A stretch of 64,000 nt of DNA, from the NCBI GenBank assembly GCA_963806185.1, contig CAWDXE010000001.1, forward strand, positions 64,001 to 128,000, given 5' to 3'. The notes under the pieces are model-generated. The model was given only the letters and a program-made list of their open reading frames with translations. It searched no databases and had not been told where the DNA came from. This document shows, piece by piece, positions 39,786-51,249 of this stretch (position 1 is the first letter of the stretch; each line of letters starts with the position of its first letter). Origin of the DNA: an uncultured candidate division Zixibacteria bacterium. GTDB lineage: Bacteria > Zixibacteria > MSB-5A5 > GN15 > FEB-12. A program made the position numbers and the translations under genes.

Positions 39786-40559
39786 CTATTTCACTAAGCC
39801 GCGATCCGACCGGGCCACAAAATCGACTATCGTCTTCACTTCGGGAATCTTCTCAATCTCGCCGTCGATCTTCGCCAACGCCTGCGTCGTATTCATCCCC
39901 GAGAAGAATAGTATCTTGAACGTCTGCTCCAGCGTATGGATCACTTTCGCATCGAATCCGCGACGACGCAGACCGATCGAGTTGATGCCCACGACTTTGA
40001 GCGGATACCCACCCACCAGGGCAAACGGACAGATGTCCTGCTGCACGCGGAAGCCGCCCCCGACCATGCAGTGCGCGCCGATCTTCACGAACTGGTGCAC
40101 CGGAAGTACTCCGCCCAGAATGGCGAAATCGTCTACCTCTACGTGACCGGCCAGATTCACCGAGTTGGCCATGATCACGTTATTCCCGACCACGCAATCG
40201 TGCGCGACGTGCGTGTAAGCCATCAGGAAGCAATTCTTTCCGATCGAGGCTTCGCCGTGCGCCTTCGTCCCCCGATTGATTGTGACAAACTCCCGGATCA
40301 CCGTATTGTCACCGACTACCGCGCGCGTAATCTCACCGCCGAATTTCAAGTCCTGCGGCAGGGTGCCGATCACTGCACCGTGCGATACACTCACATTCTG
40401 TCCGATCACCGCGCCGCTGGCCAGAAGCACGTGTGAGGCAACCCTGGTGCCCCGCCCGATCTTCACGTTTTCTTCAATAACCGTGTACGGCCCGACCGAA
40501 ACGTCATCGGCCAACTCAGCCTTCGCTGACACAATTGCTGTGGGGTGAATATTGCTCAT
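39786..40559 (-). CDS. lpxA: UDP-N-acetylglucosamine acyltransferase
   Basis: IHPTAIV, hexapeptide repeats, PQDLKF, IREFVTINRGT, HVAHDC, LAGHV, HQF. Confidence 0.96.
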   Translation of the reverse strand: MSNIHPTAIVSAKAELADDVSVGPYTVIEENVKIGRGTRVASHVLLASGAVIGQNVSVSHGAVIGTLPQDLKFGGEITRAVVGDNTVIREFVTINRGTKAHGEASIGKNCFLMAYTHVAHDCVVGNNVIMANSVNLAGHVEVDDFAILGGVLPVHQFVKIGAHCMVGGGFRVQQDICPFALVGGYPLKVVGINSIGLRRRGFDAKVIHTLEQTFKILFFSGMNTTQALAKIDGEIEKIPEVKTIVDFVARSDRGLVK

Positions 40560-41950
40560 CGATCAACTACCATCGCCATGAAATCGGCGTTTGCGACCAG
40601 GGTATCATCCACAAACGCCTGCCCGGTCATTTTGCAGGTGTTGCGTCGGAACGTCTGCATTTCCAACTCAAAGCGAAGCTGATCGCCCGGCATCACCGGC
40701 TTGCGAAACTTCGCGTTATCTATCGACATGAAATAGACGACTTTCGTCTCCGGATGCGGAATCGCATTCAAAAGCAGAATCCCGCCCGCCTGCGCCATCG
40801 CCTCAAGGATCAACACCCCCGGCATAATCGGATGACCCGGGAAGTGCCCCTGGAAAAACGGCTCGTTGATGGTCACGTTTTTCAGCGCTACCACCCGCTT
40901 GTCCGGCTCCAGGTCGAGAATTCGATCGATCAGCAGAAACGGATACCGGTGCGGCATAATCTTGAGAATGGCATTGATATCGAAAAAGGCATGTCCGCTT
41001 GCGCGAGGCATAGCGGCCGCGATCCTCTTCTTCTTGTACAACTCGCGCATCTTCTTCGCGAGCGCCACGTTGGCCTTGTGCCCCGAACGCGCCGCCAGCA
41101 CATGCCCCTTGAACGGCACGCCGATCAAAAACAGATCACCGAGCAAGATCGAGTGTCTTGTGGCGCACCGGCTCGTTGTAGAAGCGAAGCGGCACATCGT
41201 TGATAATCCCCGTCTTGCCGACAAACGCTTCTTCTTTGAGATTCAGCGCCGCGCGAATCCGATCCACTTCGATCTGGCCCAGGTCGGAGTCATAGATGAC
41301 CACGGCGTTGTCCAGCCCGCCCCCTTTGATCAGCCCATTCTTCTTGAGCATCTCGACTTCGGACAGAAAGCAAAACGTCCGGGCTGGCGCAAATTCTTCG
41401 ACAAACTCCGTCTCCAGGTCCTGCAGGGTCGTGTACTGCGTACCCAACGCCGGGCTCTTGTAATCAATCATGAAGGTGATGCGCAGATCATCTGACGGCG
41501 TCACCACCAGGTCGACCCCGCGATCTTTCTCGCTGTACGACATCGGCCCGTCAATTTCGAGATAGACCTTGTCACTGATCCTGATTCTCGATTCCCGCTT
41601 CGAGCAATCGCATCGACATACGGCTTCGCCGAACCATCACCGACCGGCGGCTCGTTGTTGTCCAGCTCGACCATCATGTTGTCCAGCTGGAGTCCGGCAA
41701 ATGCGGCCAGTACATGCTCAACCGTGTATACTTTGGCTTCACCGTTTTGCAGTGTCGTGCCACGGGAGATATCAACCACGTGGTCGATATCGGCGATGAC
41801 CGACGGCGCACCGGGAAGATCGACTCGAACGAACCGGATTCCGTGGTCAGGGGGAGCCGGCTTGAAGGTCATGGTGCAGGTGTTTCCCGTATGCAAGCCT
41901 ATGCCGGTCATTGAGATACTGCGTTTGATAGTGCGCTGTTTTTCTACCAT
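40556..41950 (-). CDS. lpxC/fabZ: Bifunctional LpxC-FabZ; frameshifts at ~41145 and ~41560-41610
   Basis: GIGLHTG, TVEHVLAA, DGSA, APARTF, RHKTLD (LpxC) followed by PHRYPFLLID, FFQGHFP, MPGVLILEAMAQ (FabZ), split over frames. Confidence 0.9.
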
Positions 41951-42054
41951 TGACTATTCCCTGCCGAGTAGATTGCCGGAGTATATGGCTTCCGGCTACC
42001 TGACTCAAGCGGTTTTTTCCCGCCTGATCTGACGCAACCCCTTGTCGTCACACG

Positions 42055-42084
42055 AAAAAGGCGCCGACAGGAGTCGGCGCCTTT
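42055..42084 (-). terminator. Intrinsic terminator after the GH57 gene
   Basis: AAAGGCGCCGAC/GTCGGCGCCTTT stem with T-tract. Confidence 0.78.
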
Positions 42085-42107
42085 GTATCTGCATCACGGT
42101 GAATATG

Positions 42108-44288
42108 TCACGTACGTTGTGTTGCCACCGCTTCGTCCGCACTCGCTTTGCTCAAAACCTCACTCTGTTCTCCGGCAAAAACCGTAAACCTGAGCACCGT
42201 GGGTTCCCGACGTACCGGCAGATGGAGTCGGTGAACAATCGTCGTCCCCTGGTATACTTTCTCGAATCCTCCCTCCGAAAGCGACACCGTGAAGATCGGT
42301 AGATGCCAGATGTCCGCCGCGTCCTGCGACCGCACCGCCACCGCCAGTTGTCGCCATTCGTCGACCAGCGCAATCGCTCTGGCGTTGGAGAATGCTCCCT
42401 CCGAATCCAGGAAGCTGTTCTCGCTCCGGCGATTATCAATCACGATGTACCGGTCGGGCGCATGGCCGGCCTGGAAATTGAAGTTATTCTCCACGGCGAA
42501 ATTGATCCACTGCTCCTGATCTGACCGGCTGCTCAACTCGTAGGTCACTTTCAACACATTTCCGCCCGAAACGTCAAATGTCTTCCGAATTCTCAGCGGG
42601 AACTCGCTGTTTGGCTGACGCACCCACCCGTCGCGAACCACCGTCGCCCGGCCTTCACCCATGAATGGCTCGAGTTGATATGGTTCGAGAATAAAATCAC
42701 CGTCTTCGCCATACTTCCCTGACGCGAACGACTCGAAAGACACATCACGCGCGAACACGTGATCGATAAAACACCGCTTCAAATACCAATCGTCGACCAG
42801 GAACTTCTGCAGTCCCGGCTCCTTGGTAAGAACCAAGTCGTGAATTGACGCTGTGCCACTCTCCTGATCATCGGCCGTCACCGCTTTGTCGAGTTTCAGA
42901 TGGTACCCTTCCTTGCGGCGCGTCAACGTATCGATCAACTCGAAGTTGTGTTCAAGCAATCCCAGATTGAGCAGTGTTCCACCCCGGCTCGGCTTAATAG
43001 CCGCAGAAAGCGAATCCGTCACGAGCAGTACTTCGTCAAATCCATCAGCGTCGTAATCCACTGCCGCTCGCGTGATTCTGCCCTTATCCGTGAGTTGGTG
43101 CAGCTTTGCCTCGGCCGCGATCATCGCGCCGTAAACTGCCTGGCGAAGGTGGGGCAGATACAACCCGCCGAAGACGCCGTGCCAGTAGGGGCAATTCACC
43201 TGTGATGCATACAGACGATCGGTAATCTCTGCGGTCTCCTGAATTCGCCGCGGATCGCCCTGCTGATAGGCTGCCAGATTCGAAGACACATACAGCATCT
43301 TCTTATGCATCAGGTTCGCCTCTTCATACTTGGTCAGAAAGCCTCGCCAGTGGCCGCCCCGGACAAACCGCCCGTATCGGTCCCAACTGGCATGCTGCTT
43401 CATGAACTGTTCCAGCCCTTCATATTCGACAAAGGCCTTCGCCGGCAGCGACCAGTGCAGCATCTCTTCGTATGACGCCGACGGCAAATAGACCCGCCCG
43501 GCTGCCGGACGTCGGGACGCCTCTCCCAGCGGGATGATATCCAGCCATGCCTCAGCTTCGCTCAAGGCCGCAAAGAAATCCGCCAACCAACTGTCGACAT
43601 AACAATGCTTGTGCGTGTTCGGCCAGACGCCAAACTTCTCGCCGTCGTCCGCATACACGGCCAGCGCCTGCGGATTGTACTCCGCCTGCCGGCGCAATTC
43701 GAGCATCGCCTCATCAACCGTCCCGAATGGAATCAGGTACCGCAGTTGTTTCTGGATCGGCAACAGCGTGACCGTCGCCCCTTCGTCTTCGGTGATAAAC
43801 GGTCCCGTAAGCTGAATATGCTCCAGCCCGGCATAGAGAAAGTGCGTGTCATCAACGGGGAGAAACGTCACCCCGGCTTCCGCCAGTATCTTGGGCAGAT
43901 GCGGCTCCCATACTCGTTCCGTAAGCCAGGCGCCCGTGGCCTCAGTGCCGAAATGTTTTCTGAGATACTCAGTCAGCATGGCGATCTGACCTTTTACATC
44001 CCGGGCCGGAATGGAGGTCAGAATCGGTTCGTAGAATCCGCCGGTCAATAAATCGATCTGACCCAGGTCGAGCATCGATTTCACCAGCGTGAAGTACTCC
44101 GGATGGTGCCGCTCCTGCCAATCCCACAGGATACCCGACTGATGGAGCGATAGCCGTACGCGCGGATATTGCTTCAGAACATCGAGAAACGGAGCGTAGG
44201 CATCCTGGTGCGCCTGCTCGAACACCGATTCGAAATTGCCCACCGGCTGGTGGTTGTGTATGCCGAGCGCCAGGGTGAATTTTGACAT
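42108..44288 (-). CDS. GH57 alpha-amylase/4-alpha-glucanotransferase
   Basis: HNHQPVGN, GGFYEPIL, WLTERVWEP, DDGEKFG, YWHGVFGGLYLPHLR, SEGGFEKVYQG. Confidence 0.9.
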   Translation of the reverse strand: MSKFTLALGIHNHQPVGNFESVFEQAHQDAYAPFLDVLKQYPRVRLSLHQSGILWDWQERHHPEYFTLVKSMLDLGQIDLLTGGFYEPILTSIPARDVKGQIAMLTEYLRKHFGTEATGAWLTERVWEPHLPKILAEAGVTFLPVDDTHFLYAGLEHIQLTGPFITEDEGATVTLLPIQKQLRYLIPFGTVDEAMLELRRQAEYNPQALAVYADDGEKFGVWPNTHKHCYVDSWLADFFAALSEAEAWLDIIPLGEASRRPAAGRVYLPSASYEEMLHWSLPAKAFVEYEGLEQFMKQHASWDRYGRFVRGGHWRGFLTKYEEANLMHKKMLYVSSNLAAYQQGDPRRIQETAEITDRLYASQVNCPYWHGVFGGLYLPHLRQAVYGAMIAAEAKLHQLTDKGRITRAAVDYDADGFDEVLLVTDSLSAAIKPSRGGTLLNLGLLEHNFELIDTLTRRKEGYHLKLDKAVTADDQESGTASIHDLVLTKEPGLQKFLVDDWYLKRCFIDHVFARDVSFESFASGKYGEDGDFILEPYQLEPFMGEGRATVVRDGWVRQPNSEFPLRIRKTFDVSGGNVLKVTYELSSRSDQEQWINFAVENNFNFQAGHAPDRYIVIDNRRSENSFLDSEGAFSNARAIALVDEWRQLAVAVRSQDAADIWHLPIFTVSLSEGGFEKVYQGTTIVHRLHLPVRREPTVLRFTVFAGEQSEVLSKASADEAVATQRT

Positions 44289-44292
44289 ATCG

Positions 44293-45198
44293 TTAGAACA
44301 GCTCCACCTTGAGGTTTATATACTTGCTGGGATTGGCGCGAATGTCGCCGATCAGAGCATCCAGATCATCCGCCGCCCGCCGAAGATCGTCATACAACGT
44401 CCGGTCGTCGATCATCGCCTGAAGCGTCCCATCGTTGTTCTCCAGCCGATCCGCAAAGCGCCGCGCCGATAGGGCCAGCGTGTCCAGTTGATACGTAAAG
44501 GATTCCAGCTCGCGGCTGGATCGCTCGAATCGCCGCATAGTCGTATCGGCCAGCACGACGTTGCGATGAATCGCGGCGTTCAACTGCTCCGAGGACATCG
44601 CGAAATTCTCGGTCATCTGGTCAAGCCGCTTTTCATTGCGGGTCATGTACTGGCTGAGTCGGCTCGACACTGATTCAAAATTCGAGATCGTGTTGTTGAA
44701 CTTGTTCAGCGTGCTGTCCGAGGCAATCGTCTTCTTGAGCGAAACCACGATCTCCCGCAATTCGCCCACCATCTCGCCCATCATCCCCATCACTTCCGGC
44801 AGACCGGTGTTGTACTCTCCCTCGATTTCCTTGCTCAGGTCGAGCGGAATCTCCGACTTGCCCGGCGCTATAGCTATGAACCGTTCCCCCATCACACCCA
44901 TATTCCGTATGGTGAAATGTGCATCGCTCTTGAGCGCGACGTCGCGGTACACCAACAGCTCCACCAGTACGCCCGTGTTCGTCAACTCCAGCCCATTCAC
45001 CTTTCCCTTGTGAACCCCGGAAACCGTCACCCGGTCACCTACCGCCAGCGATCCGACATCATCGAAACGAATCATGATCCGCTGCGCGTTCCGCTCCAGT
45101 TTGTACCCCTGGAGCCAATAGATCGAAACGAGCAAAACGAGCATGGCGAGTAGAATCACTACGCCAACGCGAAACTCTATGTTGTGCTGGGACGCCAT
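44293..45198 (-). CDS. MlaD/MCE family protein
   Basis: N-terminal TM, FDDVGSL...V.VSGV..G.V MCE domain, long helical tail. Confidence 0.88.
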   Translation of the reverse strand: MASQHNIEFRVGVVILLAMLVLLVSIYWLQGYKLERNAQRIMIRFDDVGSLAVGDRVTVSGVHKGKVNGLELTNTGVLVELLVYRDVALKSDAHFTIRNMGVMGERFIAIAPGKSEIPLDLSKEIEGEYNTGLPEVMGMMGEMVGELREIVVSLKKTIASDSTLNKFNNTISNFESVSSRLSQYMTRNEKRLDQMTENFAMSSEQLNAAIHRNVVLADTTMRRFERSSRELESFTYQLDTLALSARRFADRLENNDGTLQAMIDDRTLYDDLRRAADDLDALIGDIRANPSKYINLKVELF

Positions 45199-45239
45199 AT
45201 TCTCTGATTAGTATCGGTAAGTGGCGACCGTACCTTAAC

Positions 45240-46157
45240 TTACCACTCGTTGTCTATCGAGTCAAAAATGGCCGTATAGTTCTCATACCGGAACCGGGTA
45301 ATCGCTCCCTCCTCCACCGCCGCCTTAACCGCACAGTCCGGTTCACGATAGTGTCGGCAGGGCTGAAATCGACAATTTCCCGCCCACTGGGCAAACTCCG
45401 GCCAATGATCTGCCAACTCCTCCCGCTCGACCTCCCAGAGCCCCATCACTTTCAACCCCGGAGAATCTGCCGCATACCCGCCAAACGGCATTTCGTACAA
45501 CTCCACCCCGGTCGTCGTGTGTCGCCCCCGGTCAGAATACTCCGATATACTCTTGGTCCGCAGGTTGAGCCCCGGCGACAACCCATTCAAAAGCGTCGAT
45601 TTCCCCACGCCGGAATGACCGATAAATAATGTCCGGTGATCCTTCAAATGCGTCTGGAGATGATCCATCCCTTCCCCCGTCACGTTTGACACGCAACAGA
45701 CCGGCACGCCAATCTCACGGTACGTCTGCACGATCAGCGGATGATCCTCCGACCTCCCCATATCGACTTTCGTGATTACCAGAAGCGGCTTCAGGTGGCC
45801 GATGTCGGCAGCCACGAGGAATCGATCGATCAATCCCGTTCGAAGCGGCGGCGACTGCACCGACACGATGATAGCCAGTTGATCCAGATTGGAGGCGATA
45901 ATCTGCTTCCGCGTGTCGCTCCCTTTGGCGGGACGAAAGAACGCCGTTCGCCGCGGCAGGACTTTCTCAATCGACCCCACGTCTCCGCCCCCCAGTGACA
46001 CAACGACATCGTCGCCCACGACCACCAGCGACTCGAGCCGCTCACCGCGTTTCACTTTTTGGCGAAGTTCGCACGACAGACGTTGCCCCTCCAAGGTCAA
46101 TACTTCAAAGAATCGACCCCTGGCTGCAACGACCACTCCCTGGCTCGGCTGATCCAT
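45240..46157 (-). CDS. rsgA: Ribosome small subunit-dependent GTPase A
   Basis: TKVD, GHSGVGKSTL, GRHTTT, DSPG, CRFQPCRH..EPDC Zn finger; start at ATG 46157. Confidence 0.94.
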   Translation of the reverse strand: MDQPSQGVVVAARGRFFEVLTLEGQRLSCELRQKVKRGERLESLVVVGDDVVVSLGGGDVGSIEKVLPRRTAFFRPAKGSDTRKQIIASNLDQLAIIVSVQSPPLRTGLIDRFLVAADIGHLKPLLVITKVDMGRSEDHPLIVQTYREIGVPVCCVSNVTGEGMDHLQTHLKDHRTLFIGHSGVGKSTLLNGLSPGLNLRTKSISEYSDRGRHTTTGVELYEMPFGGYAADSPGLKVMGLWEVEREELADHWPEFAQWAGNCRFQPCRHYREPDCAVKAAVEEGAITRFRYENYTAIFDSIDNEW

Positions 46158-46423
46158 ATCTAATGAAGGTATGCTAGTCATCCCCGTACCGCAAGTGTGT
46201 GACCCTTTCGGCACGTGCAGTGCCAATCCTGCCAATTTGGCCGACTTTGATGCATCAAGCCTCAATCCATTTTTCGCCGCCATCGGGCAACACCGTGAAC
46301 TCTAACGCGCATTTAACGTTACAAGCTGAGTGAGAATCGCCCGGCGATGAACCCGATGGTTGCCCTTCTGCGTACAAATCACTATGTTAGGCCGGCTGTA
46401 ACCACCACTACGAAAGCGAAAAC

Positions 46424-49426
<3,003 letters not shown>

Positions 49427-49453
49427 GCGCCGATCGGTGCTGACCAAAACACG

Positions 49454-49482
49454 AAGGCCGTCGAGGATACCTCGACGGCCTT
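49454..49482. terminator. Hairpin between convergent genes (probably a bidirectional terminator)
   Basis: Perfect 13-bp stem AAGGCCGTCGAGG/CCTCGACGGCCTT. Confidence 0.75.
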
Positions 49483-49486
49483 ATCT

Positions 49487-49933
49487 TCATCTGCCCCCCA
49501 CCGGCAGCACTGATTTCAACTTCGTTCGCCCCGGGTGCTTCGGCGACGGTATGAAAAAGTCCGGCCCCTCTCTGCGGCGCATCCGCACTGTCAAATCCTG
49601 ACAACCCTGACACCGACGAATTTTCCCCAGCGCTTCCGGCTTGATGCGACGACGTTTCGTGTGCGTCGGCGCAAATACCTGCTTGCCGACCACCTCGTAC
49701 CCTTTGCTCGGATCATCTTCGTCGAGAAACTTCACCCCTTCAACCACCCGATCACTCCCGTCTTCGTAGAGCGTCGCGCCGGGACACTCAATAAATATCA
49801 GGCCGTCTTCTGATGGTTCGATAAACGGCGATGCTTCAAGTACCTGCTCGCTATTGCAGTGCCCACAGACGCGTACGTGGCCGCGAAGCTCCAATTCTCG
49901 CCCGCAGTTAATACACGTTTCATTCCCTGACAT
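49487..49933 (-). CDS. Hypothetical Cys-rich protein (putative Zn-binding)
   Basis: GGGGAG RBS; CINC...CGHC, a lone Cys, and CQGC; basic C-terminus. Confidence 0.72.
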   Translation of the reverse strand: MSGNETCINCGRELELRGHVRVCGHCNSEQVLEASPFIEPSEDGLIFIECPGATLYEDGSDRVVEGVKFLDEDDPSKGYEVVGKQVFAPTHTKRRRIKPEALGKIRRCQGCQDLTVRMRRREGPDFFIPSPKHPGRTKLKSVLPVGGR

Positions 49934-49970
49934 GGTCTCCCCCTGCATAAACAAAGCACGCCATAGTCCG

Positions 49971-50300
49971 TCACCCCTTGAACAGAAGGACAAGCGTGCA
50001 AATAGTCACTGTTACCGGAAGCAGTGTCGTGAACGGCACCGGGAAGAGCAGTGAACCGACAAAGGCCAGCGCCACCGACGGCACCACCAGGTACTTCAGC
50101 GTCGCCAGCGCCATCTTCACCAGCGCAATGAGCAGCATCACGACCAGTCCGGCCGCCGCCACGTAGGTCGCATACAGGCCGTTCTGCCCGAACGTCGCAT
50201 AGATCCAGTCATGTATCTGGGCGACCGGCGCCGACAACGACGCCGCTCCGGCCCACATCTGGTCCAGCCACGCGGCTAAAGTGTTTAGTATCTCGGTCAT
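49971..50300 (-). CDS. Hypothetical small membrane protein
   Basis: 109 aa with about three hydrophobic helices; 9 nt downstream of the preceding gene. Confidence 0.75.
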   Translation of the reverse strand: MTEILNTLAAWLDQMWAGAASLSAPVAQIHDWIYATFGQNGLYATYVAAAGLVVMLLIALVKMALATLKYLVVPSVALAFVGSLLFPVPFTTLLPVTVTICTLVLLFKG

Positions 50301-50309
50301 ACTTGACGG

Positions 50310-50528
50310 CTACTCTTCTTCGAGTGGTTCGATGGTGAGCGACGACTCGCCCACGCGGCTCAGGCCCACCATGCGTTTGGTCAGGAAGTTCTGCGTCGTG
50401 ATCCACTTGTGGGAGACATCCATGATCTCAGTCTGCTCGACATCCGATACCCAGTCGAGAATCACCTGATCAATGGACTTGTCCTCTACGATCACGTTAT
50501 CCATGGTCAGCGTAAACTTCACTTTCAT
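50310..50528 (-). CDS. Hypothetical acidic 72-aa protein
   Basis: ORF with typical codon usage, first of three tightly spaced co-oriented genes. Confidence 0.75.
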   Translation of the reverse strand: MKVKFTLTMDNVIVEDKSIDQVILDWVSDVEQTEIMDVSHKWITTQNFLTKRMVGLSRVGESSLTIEPLEEE

Positions 50529-50574
50529 GGCGACCTATCCCTTATGACAGTTCCGTTCGTCTCACCACGGAAAG

Positions 50575-50590
50575 TGCAAGGGGAGTGCCC
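50575..50590 (-). promoter_or_regulatory. Sigma-54 (-24/-12) promoter
   Basis: GGGCAC-TCCCC-TTGCA versus consensus TGGCAC-N5-TTGCA, 46 nt upstream of the ATG at 50528. Confidence 0.68.
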
Positions 50591-50738
50591 ACCCGGGGCT
50601 ATGCCCCCGAGGCACCATCAATTCAATTGTGACACAATGAGTTACGCTGGAAAATGTGCAGGATATTGACAGCTCGGAAAATCCTTCCCGGGCCTCTTCC
50701 GCAGGTAGATGTGGGGGCTCCCCCATTCCCTATGGCAT

Positions 50739-50773
50739 AACAAAAAGCCCGGCGAGAACTTGTCCCGCCGGGC
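50739..50773 (-). terminator. Intrinsic terminator closing the 51.17-kb transcript
   Basis: GCCCGGCG.../...CGCCGGGC followed by TTTTTGTT on the minus strand. Confidence 0.78.
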
Positions 50774-51172
50774 CAGTCGTATTTGCAGAATTGGTATCGA
50801 GCGATTTCTCGCTCCAGCCGTCACTTTGCTTTCGGTCGCCGGCAACTCCTGTAGCCGGACCCATTTTAGGTCCGGTCGCCCAACCCTCAACGCTGAGCAT
50901 GCAGTACGAAAAACAACCGAAATTGCGCCACGGCCAGGCGCCTCAGAATTACGCCTCCATCGTGTCACCCACGTTCCCGGCCGTCATCCTTCCCTGGCAG
51001 CCGTTGGGGCAACGTTCTTCCATACGTTTTCCTCCTCTGACAGTTGTTGCACGCCACGTACGGCATGAGGCGCATCAGAGTGGGGACATCTATAACTGTC
51101 GTCCGTGGTGATTGACGCCGAAGCTTGTGAGGGGCGAACCCTTCTGGCGTCGCGATTCATCTTATTTCATTC
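50740..51172 (-). ncRNA. Candidate ~430-nt structured RNA (family not recognised)
   Basis: Bounded by a consensus promoter and a terminator; many hairpins including UUCG and GAAA tetraloops; no long credible ORF. Confidence 0.5.
50949..51023 (-). CDS. Candidate 24-aa peptide MEERCPNGCQGRMTAGNVGDTMEA
   Basis: AGGAGG Shine-Dalgarno 7 nt before the ATG; below the ORF-track length cutoff. Confidence 0.45.
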   Translation of the reverse strand: MEERCPNGCQGRMTAGNVGDTMEA

Positions 51173-51178
51173 ATCTAC

Positions 51179-51207
51179 AGGATACGCGATCGCGGGTCGT
51201 CTGTCAA
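51179..51207 (-). promoter_or_regulatory. Sigma-70 promoter
   Basis: TTGACA-17 nt-TATCCT on the minus strand. Confidence 0.72.
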
Positions 51208-51249
51208 GGGGAAAATGGACTTCTCCACGCAGGGTTTGCTGTGTGACGG

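Noticed and set aside
40556..41950. Pseudogene or programmed frameshifting in lpxC-fabZ
   Set aside because: The rest of the lipid A pathway is intact, there are several indels with no clear slippery site, and similar errors occur elsewhere; a sequencing artefact is more likely
50642..51111. ORF-track calls of 108-151 aa in the intergenic gap
   Set aside because: No recognisable motifs or RBS, atypical composition, and they run across a terminator and hairpins
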